A stretch of 64,000 bases of DNA, taken from contig JBBSVU010000006.1 of assembly GCA_038046645.1 (NCBI GenBank), forward strand, positions 23,404 to 87,403. The letters are read 5' to 3'. The notes below the pieces were generated by a model. It searched no databases. It saw nothing but the letters and a program-made list of their open reading frames with translations, and had not been told where the DNA came from. The translations under genes were made by a program, and so were the position numbers. The first letter of the stretch is position 1, and each line of letters opens with the position of its first letter. Origin of the DNA: an archaeon. Lineage in GTDB: Archaea; Iainarchaeota; Iainarchaeia; Iainarchaeales; 0-14-0-20-34-12. Shown here one piece after another: positions 1 to 9,757 of the stretch.

Positions 1-1
1 C

Positions 2-337
2 TTAAGATTGAAGAAAGAAGAGAGAAATATTAGAATTAGCGATATGCCTGCTTTGGATGAAATAGATAAAGCAAAAGCAATTAATACAATAAATAAAACA
101 TATGATAAAATTGACCGTATTTTAGGGAATAAACCAATGGTTTATTTTTATTTTAAGCATTATGCAAAGGAAGGGATGAGAAAAAAACATGTTGTGCATA
201 TCAGAACTGCAGTTGGCAGCAAGAAGATCATAGTTGAGAAAAATGATTGGAAATTTCTTAATTGCCTACAGGATGTTTGTTCAGCATTTGAGACAGCAGT
301 AATAAGGCAGTTCAAGAAAAAAGATTACCGGAAATAA
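2..337 (+). CDS. Probable C-terminal HPF/RaiA-like ribosome hibernation domain protein (likely 5'-truncated by window edge)
   Basis: Frame is open to the window start; helix-strand pattern with K-H-x-V-H-I-R and DW motifs resembles the archaeal HPF-like domain. Confidence 0.4.
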   Translation, partial: LRLKKEERNIRISDMPALDEIDKAKAINTINKTYDKIDRILGNKPMVYFYFKHYAKEGMRKKHVVHIRTAVGSKKIIVEKNDWKFLNCLQDVCSAFETAVIRQFKKKDYRK

Positions 338-350
338 ATTGCATTGAAAT

Positions 351-616
351 GGGCATCTAAAGATCGAAGATGTTAAGCGAGGCAAATTTAGCCTATTAAA
401 TTGCTTAATTCCGTACTCCGATAGCACCCAAAGCATAGACTACCGTTGCTTTCTTCCGAACCTGGCGGGGTTCTTCTATGTAAAGGGCCTATTGGAACAG
501 AATATCATTGCAATATAACAGATTTGCATTGCAAAACAAATCCTTTCTTTAGCATTCAGCCCCAGCGTATAGCGGATTTCTGGTTACAAGGAACCGCTAA
601 CTCCCCAGCCTAGCCC
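351..616 (-). ncRNA. ffs: Archaeal SRP (7S) RNA
   Basis: Reverse strand begins GGGCTAGGCTGGGGAGTTAGCGG and contains the helix-8 motif GCCAGGTTCGGAAGAAAGCAAC; ends approximate. Confidence 0.9.
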
Positions 617-696
617 AAATATTTTTCGTTAATTGTTTTTATAAAGCAGATTGTTGTCGGCAAACTGTTTTAATTAATTGCTGATAATGTATATTT

Positions 697-1836
697 ATGG
701 ATATTTTTGAGCAATCTTTGATTAGTCATGGCAAATGGAAAGGCAAGATTTCTACTTCAGCAAAGGTCAAATTAAAAAACAAAAAATTGCTCTCTTTAGC
801 ATATACCCCCGGGGTAGCAGAACCCTGCAAAAAGATTGCACTGAACAAGAATAGTCTTTATAACTATACAATAAAATCAAATTCTGTTGCAGTAATTAGT
901 GACGGATCAGCTATTTTGGGTTTGGGGAATCTTGGAGCCGAAGCAGCTATCCCGGTTATGGAAGGCAAAGCCTTGATATTCAAAGAGTTTGCAAATATTG
1001 ATGCATTTCCTATTGTGATTAAAAATCAAAACCCTGAAAAAATTGTTGAAATAATTGAAAATATCTCCCCTGTGTTTGGTGCAATAAACCTTGAGGATAT
1101 TGCAGCGCCAAAATGTTTTTACATAGAAGAAAACTTGCAAAATTTGGGCATACCTGTTTTTCATGATGACCAGCATGCTACAGCTGTTGTGGTTCTTGCA
1201 GGCTTGTTTAATTCCTTAAAATTAGCAAAAAAGGAATTTTCTGATTGCAAAATAGTAATTAATGGCATAGGGGCTGCAGGTACTGCTATTACTAGATTAC
1301 TTTTGAGTTATGGCAAGCCTAAGGAGATTTTATTGTGTGATAAATATGGCCTTTTAGACCCACTAGATGTAAGAATTAGCGAAGAACAAAAACAATTAGC
1401 TAGAGAAATAGGTCAGTCCAGAAAAGGTTCACTTGCGGATTCTTTAGAAAATGCTGATATTTTTATTGGGGTGTCAGCACCAAATATCATCTCTAAAGAT
1501 ATGGTTAAATCAATGAGTAAAAAGCCAATAATTTTTGCTTTGGCTAATCCAATCTCGGAGATTTCACCGAAAGAAGCTAAAAAGGCTGGTGCCTTTATTG
1601 TTGCAACCGGAAGAAGTGATTTTCCAAACCAAGTTAATAATGCATTGGTGTTCCCGGGATTTTTTAAGGGTTTGCTTGATTCAAGGGCAAAAAAAGCTAC
1701 GTTGAAGATGAAATTAGCAGCAGCTTTTGCCCTTGCTAATATTGAAAAACCAAGTACTGAGAAAATATTACCGAATATTTTTAACAAAAAAATAGTTCCT
1801 TCAATTGCGAAGGCAGTCATAAATGCAAGCAAGTGA
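697..1836 (+). CDS. NAD(P)-dependent malic enzyme
   Basis: AYTPGVAEPC, INLEDIAAP, FHDDQH, ATGRSDFPNQVNN motifs. Confidence 0.95.
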   Translation: MDIFEQSLISHGKWKGKISTSAKVKLKNKKLLSLAYTPGVAEPCKKIALNKNSLYNYTIKSNSVAVISDGSAILGLGNLGAEAAIPVMEGKALIFKEFANIDAFPIVIKNQNPEKIVEIIENISPVFGAINLEDIAAPKCFYIEENLQNLGIPVFHDDQHATAVVVLAGLFNSLKLAKKEFSDCKIVINGIGAAGTAITRLLLSYGKPKEILLCDKYGLLDPLDVRISEEQKQLAREIGQSRKGSLADSLENADIFIGVSAPNIISKDMVKSMSKKPIIFALANPISEISPKEAKKAGAFIVATGRSDFPNQVNNALVFPGFFKGLLDSRAKKATLKMKLAAAFALANIEKPSTEKILPNIFNKKIVPSIAKAVINASK

Positions 1837-1841
1837 TTTTT

Positions 1842-2696
1842 ATGCAGTTTAAAGAAGATTTGGGAAATGCATTAGTTGAGTTATATAAGATAACCTCGAA
1901 CGTTTTGCCCTCAGATGTTATTTCTGCATTAAAAAAAGCACAGGAAACAGAAAAAGGCAATTCTAAACTTTTCATAGACTTTATTTTACAAAATATTGAA
2001 ATAGCAAAGCAGGAATCTAGGCCTATTTGCCAAGATACTGGTTTCCCTTTCTTTATTGTTTATTGCCCTAAAGGCGAATCAACTAAAGAGCTTGCGGAAA
2101 TAATCCATTCATCATCCGAAAAAGCAACTGCTAATTTCCTTAGGCCTAATTCAGTTAATCCTATTTCAGAAAAGAATATTGGAAATATTCCAGAAATACA
2201 TTTTAGGGAATGGGATAAAAACTATTTGCAGTTTGATTTGATGTTGAAGGGGGCTGGCAGTGAAAATGTTTCTTTTCAATACTCTTTGCCTGATATTTCT
2301 TTGAATGCACATCGGGATTTTGAGGGGGTTTTCAAATGCGCCTTGGATGCAGTTTTTAGAGCGCAGGGCAATGGCTGCCCCCCGGGCATTTTAGGGCTTT
2401 GTATTGGCGGTTCTAAAAATAATTCAATGCTTGAGGCAAAAAAACAGCTTTTCAGAAAGATTGATGATGTCAATTCAGATAAAAGGCTGGCTTTGCTTGA
2501 AAAAAACATTCTTTCTAAATCAAATAAATTAAAAATAGGGCCAGCAGGTTTAGGTGGCAAAAATACTTTGTTGGCTGTCAAAGCAACTGTTTTGCCAAGG
2601 CATCCTGCATCCTACTTTGTTTCTTTTTCCTATTCCTGTTGGGCTTTAAGAAGGCATTCGCTTAGATTCAAGGAAGGGGTGATTAAGTTTGATTAA
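1842..2696 (+). CDS. Fe-S fumarate/tartrate hydratase alpha subunit
   Basis: PICQDTG, KGAGSEN, GCPPG, GPAGLGG, RHPAS, SCWALR. Confidence 0.92.
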   Translation: MQFKEDLGNALVELYKITSNVLPSDVISALKKAQETEKGNSKLFIDFILQNIEIAKQESRPICQDTGFPFFIVYCPKGESTKELAEIIHSSSEKATANFLRPNSVNPISEKNIGNIPEIHFREWDKNYLQFDLMLKGAGSENVSFQYSLPDISLNAHRDFEGVFKCALDAVFRAQGNGCPPGILGLCIGGSKNNSMLEAKKQLFRKIDDVNSDKRLALLEKNILSKSNKLKIGPAGLGGKNTLLAVKATVLPRHPASYFVSFSYSCWALRRHSLRFKEGVIKFD

Positions 2697-3261
2697 ACTT
2701 AAGCTGCCGATCACTCCTAAAAAATTAAATGATTTAAATGTTGGTGACTATGTGGAGATATCCGGCAGAATATTTACTGCAAGAGACAAAGCTAGTAGAT
2801 GGTTATCATCAGAAAAAATCCCTGAAAAATTAAGTTCAAAGATAAAAAATTCCGTGATTTACCATTGTGGCCCAATCATGGCAGGAAAAAAATCCTTTGT
2901 TGCACTATCAGCAGGGCCAACAACCAGCGAAAGAATGTTCCCTTATTTAACTGATTTAAATAAAAAATATAGGGTTAAGGCAGTTATTGGAAAAGGGGGT
3001 TTTAGGAATACAAATATTTTCAAGAAAAATAAAATGGTATATTTGCATTCTTTAAGTGGGTGTGGAGCATTGCTCGCAAAGAAAATTATAAAAGTGCATT
3101 CAGTATTCGGGCTGAAAGAATTTGGGATGCCTGAAGCAATATGGGAAATTGAAGTAAAAGATTTTCCAGTTTTAGTAACAATAGATAGCAAAGGGAATAA
3201 TCTCCACGATAAGATTTATGCTGAATCTGGAAAAATTGCTAAAAAATTGGAAAACAGTTAG
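2689..3261 (+). CDS. Fe-S fumarate/tartrate hydratase beta subunit
   Basis: TARDKA, YHCGP, AGPTTS, IGKGG, GMPEAIW; overlaps alpha subunit stop. Confidence 0.92.
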   Translation: MIKLKLPITPKKLNDLNVGDYVEISGRIFTARDKASRWLSSEKIPEKLSSKIKNSVIYHCGPIMAGKKSFVALSAGPTTSERMFPYLTDLNKKYRVKAVIGKGGFRNTNIFKKNKMVYLHSLSGCGALLAKKIIKVHSVFGLKEFGMPEAIWEIEVKDFPVLVTIDSKGNNLHDKIYAESGKIAKKLENS

Positions 3262-3265
3262 AAAA

Positions 3266-3291
3266 ATAGGTGAAATATTCCCCACCTATTC
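3266..3291. terminator. Hairpin between convergent fumarase-beta and radA
   Basis: AATAGGTG...CACCTATT inverted repeat. Confidence 0.4.
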
Positions 3292-3316
3292 TCCAAAACT
3301 GCAGATTTTTAGGTGA

Positions 3317-4273
3317 TTATTTATCTTCCTCTAAATCCTCGATTCCATTTTCAGTTATCTGGTAAATGGCTTCTCCGTCTGGCAAGAATGGGGAATCAAC
3401 AAGCTTTGCCACTCTTTTTGATGCCTTGCTCTTTCTGAGATATAATCGAGTTTTAGAAGCATGCCCTACTACATGTCCACCTATTGGGGCAGTAGGATCT
3501 CCGAATAGTATATCAGGCCTGCTCATTACCTGATTTGTTACAAGAACTGCAATATTATGGGCCTCAGCTAACTTCATCAGTTGCCTCATATGTTTGTTTA
3601 ATTTCTGTTGTCTTTCAGCTAAAAGGCCTCTTCCAATATATTCAGATCTAAACTGTGCGGTTAACGAATCCACAATTAACAGTTTGATATTTTTCTCCTT
3701 AATTATTTGGTCTGCTTTTTCAGTAAGAATCATTTGATGATCAGCATTATATGCCTTTGCAACAAAAATATTTTTTAGTGTTTTTTCCGGTTCCAAACCT
3801 TTTGCCTTTGCAATACTTACAATTCTTTCTGGCCTAAATGATGATTCAGAATCAATGTACAAAGTATTTCCCCCCAATCCTCCTTTATCTTTTGCTAATT
3901 GGACCATTACTGCTAACTGGAAACACCATTGGGTTTTGCTTGAAGACATCTCACCATATACCTCAGTAATGCTTTGGGTTTCTACCCCCCCTCCAAGCAA
4001 AGTATCTAATTCATTGCTCCCTGTGCTTATCTTCCCAATTATTTCCCTTCTTTTAAGTATCTTTTCCGCGCTTTCAAAACCCATATCAAGGGCATCCCTG
4101 GCGGCTTTAATTATCTTTTCAGCGGTTTTTTCCCCTAATTCTGCCACTTCCATCAATTCCCTTGGGGAAGCCACAGCAATATTCTCCAATGATTTATAAT
4201 TAGCTTTATATAGTTTCTCGGCTGCTTGCGGTCCAACACCAGGCAAGTCAGTAATTTCCTTTATTTCTGCCAT
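3317..4273 (-). CDS. radA: DNA repair and recombination protein RadA
   Basis: N-terminal HhH (DLPGVG), LLGGGVETQSITE, SFRPER, VTNQV, GGHVVGHAS, VDSP. Confidence 0.97.
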   Translation of the reverse strand: MAEIKEITDLPGVGPQAAEKLYKANYKSLENIAVASPRELMEVAELGEKTAEKIIKAARDALDMGFESAEKILKRREIIGKISTGSNELDTLLGGGVETQSITEVYGEMSSSKTQWCFQLAVMVQLAKDKGGLGGNTLYIDSESSFRPERIVSIAKAKGLEPEKTLKNIFVAKAYNADHQMILTEKADQIIKEKNIKLLIVDSLTAQFRSEYIGRGLLAERQQKLNKHMRQLMKLAEAHNIAVLVTNQVMSRPDILFGDPTAPIGGHVVGHASKTRLYLRKSKASKRVAKLVDSPFLPDGEAIYQITENGIEDLEEDK

Positions 4274-4323
4274 TTTTTCACCATACTATGCTTGTGCGAT
4301 TTTTTATTTATAAATGCTTTGGA

Positions 4324-4342
4324 AGAGTAGATTTCCCCTGAA
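4324..4342 (-). promoter_or_regulatory. Conserved 19-bp operator upstream of radA TATA box
   Basis: TTCAGGGGAAATCTACTCT then 9 nt then TTTATAAA. Confidence 0.85.
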
Positions 4343-4367
4343 CTCCGTCTTTTCTTTTTCTCTTAGG

Positions 4368-4660
4368 AAGAGAAAAAGAAAATATAGGCTGTCAAAAGAA
4401 AAAGAGAAAAGAAAATATGGGTTGCCGAAAGAAAAGAGAAAGAAAAAGTAGGTTACAACTAATATCAAAGGACAAAAATAAAGAAACAAAAGTCGTCCTT
4501 TGATGGCTATAAAAAGACATTATAAAAGTTTCTAGATTAATGTCTTTTTATATAAAATCCAAGGGATTTTAGTGTACATTAAAATTCATAAGAATTTTAA
4601 TTGTATTAAGAGAAAGAAAACTTTGGTTGCCAAGAAAAAGAAAAGAGAATGTAAGTTGCT
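4368..4660. repeat. Degenerate purine-rich direct repeats in radA-rpa intergenic region
   Basis: Units like AGAAAAGAAAATATRGGYTGYCRAAAGAAAAG at about 4371, 4405, 4437 and 4609. Confidence 0.5.
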
Positions 4661-4692
4661 ATTAAAAATAACTGATTTATACTTGGCCTTTG

Positions 4693-5985
4693 TTATGGTA
4701 GGTTAAAACTTCTTACCCCTACTCCTAATTTATCTTCAAATGTATTCTTTCTCACATTGCCTTCTAGTTCAATCTTTTTTCCTAAAATGTTGTTTGAAAT
4801 TTCCTCAATAAGGTCATCGCTATTTTTTGTTTCTAATTCACTTTTAATTTTATCCGCTTCCTTCCCAATTATTGCCTCAGCGTTTTCCCTGAAAAATGTT
4901 GTGTCAATGCTGCCTGTGCCGTCATCTACTGTTAATGAAATTATCGCGGTGGGCATCCCCTTTTGTTTGCATTCATCACATTCCCCTGTTTCCCTGTTCA
5001 CTTTCTTGCTGCACTGCGGGCAGCTGTCATAAACAAGCCTTCCGCGGTTTACTGAAAGGATTGTGCCAGAAATTTTTATTCTTGAATCAGTTTCAGTTAT
5101 CTCTGATATTTTTTTTTCAACAGCCGATTTTATGCCCCCAAGCTCTTCTAATTCAGGAATTTTTTCTTCTGTTTTTGGGGTTTTTAAAACTCTGGCAGAA
5201 TACCCTAAATGCAATTCAATATCCTTTAATCCTTGTTTGGTATAAGCCCCCTCAATTTTAATTAAATCGCCTGCTTTTAATTTTAAAATCTCATCAACCA
5301 TATCATTCCATGCAGTAGCCCTTATTGCCTTTGTCCCGTCATTTAGCATGAAATTTATTACCCCCTTTTTTATTCCATCTTTTTCAAAATAGTTTACAGG
5401 AAAAATATTTATTACCCGGGCTATCACATCAACATTCTGCAACCCCTCTTTTATTTCATTTAATTTCATCAGATTATTTGATTCACTTAATATGATAGTT
5501 TCATTTGTATTCTTATCAATCTGCGAGGAAAAGCCAATATTCAAAGAAGGTTTTTCATTGAACATCGAAATATAGCAATTTTTAAGCAGCAGGATGTGAT
5601 TCTTCTGCACATCTTCAAGCTCTTTTACGTGGTTATGCCAGGCGGTTGCCCTGCATTCCCCGGTTTCATCTTCCACAAGCATATTGCACAACAGCCCTTT
5701 TTTCCCGTTTTTCTCAAACTTTTTTGGTGCATAAATGTGTTTTACCCGCACTAAAATTGTAACTGTTTGCATGCCCTCTTTTAACTCATTTATTTTCGAC
5801 CTTACAACATTAGCTTCCAAATCAATTCCATAATCCTTTGCAACCATAAATGCTGCGCCTTCCTTGCTTAAAAGCCCAGCCATTTTTTTTTGCTTTCTGT
5901 CTATTTTATCAAGGATTTCTTCATTGCTCTTGCCTGTCTCCTTTATTATCCTTTCAAGAATGCTTTCAAAATTTGCCGCTTGCAT
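4693..5985 (-). CDS. rpa: Replication protein A (multi-OB fold with Zn ribbon)
   Basis: Repeated OB folds (DETG, DGT, DDGTG), CPQC...CDEC zinc finger. Confidence 0.9.
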   Translation of the reverse strand: MQAANFESILERIIKETGKSNEEILDKIDRKQKKMAGLLSKEGAAFMVAKDYGIDLEANVVRSKINELKEGMQTVTILVRVKHIYAPKKFEKNGKKGLLCNMLVEDETGECRATAWHNHVKELEDVQKNHILLLKNCYISMFNEKPSLNIGFSSQIDKNTNETIILSESNNLMKLNEIKEGLQNVDVIARVINIFPVNYFEKDGIKKGVINFMLNDGTKAIRATAWNDMVDEILKLKAGDLIKIEGAYTKQGLKDIELHLGYSARVLKTPKTEEKIPELEELGGIKSAVEKKISEITETDSRIKISGTILSVNRGRLVYDSCPQCSKKVNRETGECDECKQKGMPTAIISLTVDDGTGSIDTTFFRENAEAIIGKEADKIKSELETKNSDDLIEEISNNILGKKIELEGNVRKNTFEDKLGVGVRSFNLP

Positions 5986-6041
5986 AGTATTCAATTATCC
6001 CTTACAAACAATTTTAACCTTATGCGAACCAGCATTATTTT

Positions 6042-6692
6042 ATGGTTCATGAGATTAAACCGAAGATTTTTACCTTAAAATCAAACAATGAAGGATCCAA
6101 TGTTTATTTAATAAAAGACAAATTAAATGTGCTTATTGATTCCTCCTTATCCAAGAATTTTGATTTGATTATTGGTCTCTTGCGCAAGTTGGATTTAGCG
6201 CCGGTTGATATTGATTTGATTCTGCACACCCACGGGCACGCAGACCACATAGGTTGCTCAGCCTTTTTCGAGAAAGCAAAGAGAGCCATGCATCCATTCG
6301 ATGCTTTCCAAGTGAATGAAAAGAAAGATGATTTTTCCTATGCCTATTTTTTCAATCAGAAAGAATATCCTGAAATAGGCAAATTTCTTTCAGATTCAGA
6401 AATAATTGATTGTGGCAGCATTAAACTAAATGTAATTTTTACGCCAGGGCATACAAAAGGCTCGGTTTGTTTTTTTGAACCAAAAAACAAAATACTTTTT
6501 TCTGGTGATACCTTGTTTTATGGGGCATATGGAAGGACAGACCTGACTTCAAGTGATGAAGCAGACATGAAATCATCTCTTGAAAAACTTTCAAATATTG
6601 ATTTTGAGGTTTTGCTTCCAGGGCACGGAAGGTTTTTGACTGGAAAAAAAGCGCAGAAATCAAATATTGAAAATTTGCTGGCTTTGTTTTAG
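6042..6692 (+). CDS. MBL-fold metallo-hydrolase
   Basis: THGHADHIG, TPGHTKGS, SGDTLF, LPGHG. Confidence 0.93.
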   Translation: MVHEIKPKIFTLKSNNEGSNVYLIKDKLNVLIDSSLSKNFDLIIGLLRKLDLAPVDIDLILHTHGHADHIGCSAFFEKAKRAMHPFDAFQVNEKKDDFSYAYFFNQKEYPEIGKFLSDSEIIDCGSIKLNVIFTPGHTKGSVCFFEPKNKILFSGDTLFYGAYGRTDLTSSDEADMKSSLEKLSNIDFEVLLPGHGRFLTGKKAQKSNIENLLALF

Positions 6693-6751
6693 TTCGAAGA
6701 GAAATAGCGCACAGCATGGTTTAAATACCTGTTTTGCCCCTATTTTATCTT

Positions 6752-7537
6752 ATGATTAAAGACCATTTTGGGAAAACCTATCAGAAGATTGTGGCTGAAT
6801 TGGATAAAAAAAAGGGTTTGGCATTTTTGGTCATAGACCCGCCAAATCAGGAACCGAAGTTAGCAGGAAAGCTGGCGCAGATTGCAGAATCCAATAATTT
6901 CGGCGCAATTGCCATTGGGGGGTCAGTTGGGGCGGAAGGAAAACTGCTTGAAGAAACCCTGCAGGAGATAAAGGATAACTGCAAGCTTCCTAGAGTTTTA
7001 TTCCCTGGCAATATCTCAACATTGTCGGCAAATGCTGATGCTATTTATTTTATGAGCATGTTAAATTCAACAGATCCTTATTATATTACCGGGGCACAAA
7101 TAGCTTCCTCCTCATCTATTAAAAGAATTAAATTAGAAGCAATCCCTACTTCCTATATTATTGTTGAGCCAGGAAGGGCAGTTGGGTGGATGGGCAAAGC
7201 CAAATTAATACCCAGGGATGTTCCGTATCTAGCAGCAATAACTGCGTTAGCAGGGCAATATATGGGGGCTCATTGGGCAATCCTTGAATCAGGGGGAGGA
7301 GCACCAGAACCAGCTCCGCTTGAGATGATTTCATTCACAAAGAAAATGATTGATATTCCGTTAATTGTTGCTGGTGGTGTCAGAACTCCTGATTGGGCCT
7401 ATAAAGTAATCAAGGCTGGGGCAGATATCATTCACATTGGCGCTGCAATAGAGGCAACAAATGGAGATTTGAAAAAAGCAGATTCCAGGATTTCAGAATT
7501 CAGCAAAGCAGTTGAAAAAGCAGCAAGGGAAAAATAA
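6752..7537 (+). CDS. Geranylgeranylglyceryl phosphate synthase (PcrB family)
   Basis: VIDPP, IGGS, LFPGN, YIIVEPG, LESGGGA, VAGGVR. Confidence 0.9.
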   Translation: MIKDHFGKTYQKIVAELDKKKGLAFLVIDPPNQEPKLAGKLAQIAESNNFGAIAIGGSVGAEGKLLEETLQEIKDNCKLPRVLFPGNISTLSANADAIYFMSMLNSTDPYYITGAQIASSSSIKRIKLEAIPTSYIIVEPGRAVGWMGKAKLIPRDVPYLAAITALAGQYMGAHWAILESGGGAPEPAPLEMISFTKKMIDIPLIVAGGVRTPDWAYKVIKAGADIIHIGAAIEATNGDLKKADSRISEFSKAVEKAAREK

Positions 7538-7573
7538 TTCTTTTTCTTATCCCTATTTTTGCAATAACCTAAA

Positions 7574-8494
7574 TTATTTTCTTATCTTTTTCTCTTTTTC
7601 TAGAATCTCAAAAACAGTCCTTGCAATCGCTTCCTTAGTATCATAGCTTGGTTTCCAGCCTAATGCCTTTATTTTTTCTATGCTATACCATCTCCCCCTT
7701 GTTAACCTGTCAAGATGCTCTGGGCTTACAATTGATTTTTTGCCAAATAGTTTTCCAATAACTAAGTAAAAATATGCCAAAATTTTTCCAATAACAGTAG
7801 GAACGCTTTTCTGGTTTTTGTTCATTCCCAAGGATTTTCTTATTTCAAGTATTACCTCTTTCAATGTAAGCGGGCTTTCTTCTGCAATATTCAATGTTTC
7901 CCCAGCTGCTTTTTTGTGTTCAACCACAAATATGAGTGCATTAACCAAATCAGTAATATAGATCATCTGCCATTTATTCTCCCCATTCCCTATTAGTGGG
8001 AAATCCTTTCTAATTAGCTGAATTATTTTTTCCCAATATTCATTTTGCCCGAGAATAATTGTCGGCCTTAGAATATTTATAGTAATTAACTCTTGATATT
8101 CATTCAGAATACGCTCTGCTAATAATTTAGTTTTTTCATAATGTGTTTTGGGGTTTAATTTAGATTCTTCTGTTTTTATTTCTTCACAATCGCCATAAAC
8201 CCCTACCGAACTCATTAAAATAAATCTTGAAACTTTGTTTTCAACAGCTGCTTTAATCAGATTTTCAGTTCCAGTAATATTTACTTTATTTAGCAGCGGT
8301 GAATGTTCATCCAAAACAGCAGCCAAATGCAGGACAATATCAATTGAGCCGCACGCAGCTCTGCACTGCCCCACATCTAAAATGTCTTCCCCTTTTTTGG
8401 AATCAAATTCCCGGATCCAATGCCCCCTTTTTCTAAGAACCTCAACAATTCTCTGCCCAACAAAACCTGAAGAGCCGGTTACTAAAATACGCAT
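7574..8494 (-). CDS. NAD-dependent epimerase/dehydratase
   Basis: TGSSGFVG Rossmann motif, SSVGVYG, YEKTK. Confidence 0.9.
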   Translation of the reverse strand: MRILVTGSSGFVGQRIVEVLRKRGHWIREFDSKKGEDILDVGQCRAACGSIDIVLHLAAVLDEHSPLLNKVNITGTENLIKAAVENKVSRFILMSSVGVYGDCEEIKTEESKLNPKTHYEKTKLLAERILNEYQELITINILRPTIILGQNEYWEKIIQLIRKDFPLIGNGENKWQMIYITDLVNALIFVVEHKKAAGETLNIAEESPLTLKEVILEIRKSLGMNKNQKSVPTVIGKILAYFYLVIGKLFGKKSIVSPEHLDRLTRGRWYSIEKIKALGWKPSYDTKEAIARTVFEILEKEKKIRK

Positions 8495-8653
8495 GATTAT
8501 CCACAGTGTTTTATGATGTTAAAAAAAAATAATATATTGTACTGAGTTAAGTATAATTTATTAATAAATGTTTTTGTTGACAATCTTTTTTCCAATAACT
8601 ATGAAATTTCACCAAATGCTCTATTTTTAACCTTTTTTTTGGTTTGATTAGTT

Positions 8654-9721
8654 ATGATAGGCATAGATGGAGCACACGGTGAGTCCGGAGGGCAGATTTT
8701 AAGGACAACTTTGGCATTATCCGCACTTTTGCAAAAAGAAATAGAAATAAAAGATATTAGAAAAGGCCGTGAGAAACCAGGCTTGAGGCCACAGCATTTA
8801 GCTGCAGTAAAAACAATGGCTAATGTTTGCAATGCCAGGATTTCTGGCCTGTTTGAAAATAGCACTGCTTTAACTTTTAATCCTACAAAAATCCAGTCAG
8901 CACAATTGAATATTAATATTTCAACCGCAGGTTCAGCTGCATTGCTTTTGCAGCAATTATTTCCAGTTGCATTGTTGGAGGAATTTACCTTTAGAATTGT
9001 TGCTGGCACCGATGTTCCATTTTCTCCATCACTTAATTATTTGAATGCTGTTTTTTGCCCTATCATCAAAAAATTGGGTGCGAATTTTTCACTTGAACAA
9101 ATGGCTCATGGCTATTATCCCATAGGAAATGGCCGTGTTGTTTTTAGTTCAAAAAAAGCAAAGCTTCCATTAAAACCAATAAACATCAGCAAATTAGGCA
9201 ATCTTGAGTGCTTTAAACTATTTTCACATTCTTCAGGGCTGCCAATGGAGGTAGTGGATAATCAATTATGTGCAGCAAAAAATATTCTCTCAAAGAATTT
9301 TGAGGGTATTGATATTTTTGACAAGATTGATTTTTCATCCAGAAAGGATACGATAGGCTCAGGGATAGACATCTTTGCATGTTTTTCCTCTGGTGCGGTT
9401 TTAGGCACAAATTCTTTAGGTAAAAAAGGCATTCCGGCAACAAACGTTGGGAATGAGGCAGCAGAAAAAATCGTTTCAGAATTAAAAGCTGAAAAACCTT
9501 GCGATTCCCATTTGGCTGACCAGCTTATTATATATATGGCTCTTGCAAAAGGCATTTCAAAGATAGAGTGCACAAAATTGACAAACCATGCTCTGACAAA
9601 TATCTGGGTCATAGAGCAATTTTTGCCAGTAAAATTCCAAGTAACTGGGAATCTTAATGAAGCAGCAGAGATTTCAGTTGAAGGCATTGGATTTACCCTC
9701 CAAGATAACCCAAGTCTTTAG
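8654..9721 (+). CDS. rtcA: RNA 3'-terminal phosphate cyclase
   Basis: GESGGQILR, PGLRPQH, AGTDV, HLADQL, TNHALTN. Confidence 0.95.
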   Translation: MIGIDGAHGESGGQILRTTLALSALLQKEIEIKDIRKGREKPGLRPQHLAAVKTMANVCNARISGLFENSTALTFNPTKIQSAQLNINISTAGSAALLLQQLFPVALLEEFTFRIVAGTDVPFSPSLNYLNAVFCPIIKKLGANFSLEQMAHGYYPIGNGRVVFSSKKAKLPLKPINISKLGNLECFKLFSHSSGLPMEVVDNQLCAAKNILSKNFEGIDIFDKIDFSSRKDTIGSGIDIFACFSSGAVLGTNSLGKKGIPATNVGNEAAEKIVSELKAEKPCDSHLADQLIIYMALAKGISKIECTKLTNHALTNIWVIEQFLPVKFQVTGNLNEAAEISVEGIGFTLQDNPSL

Positions 9722-9757
9722 AATTAAAATAAGTAGTTATTCAGAATTCCTTGCTGC

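Noticed and set aside
4368..4460. Possible CRISPR array
   Set aside because: Repeats are degenerate, low-complexity and lack unique spacers; no cas genes in the window.
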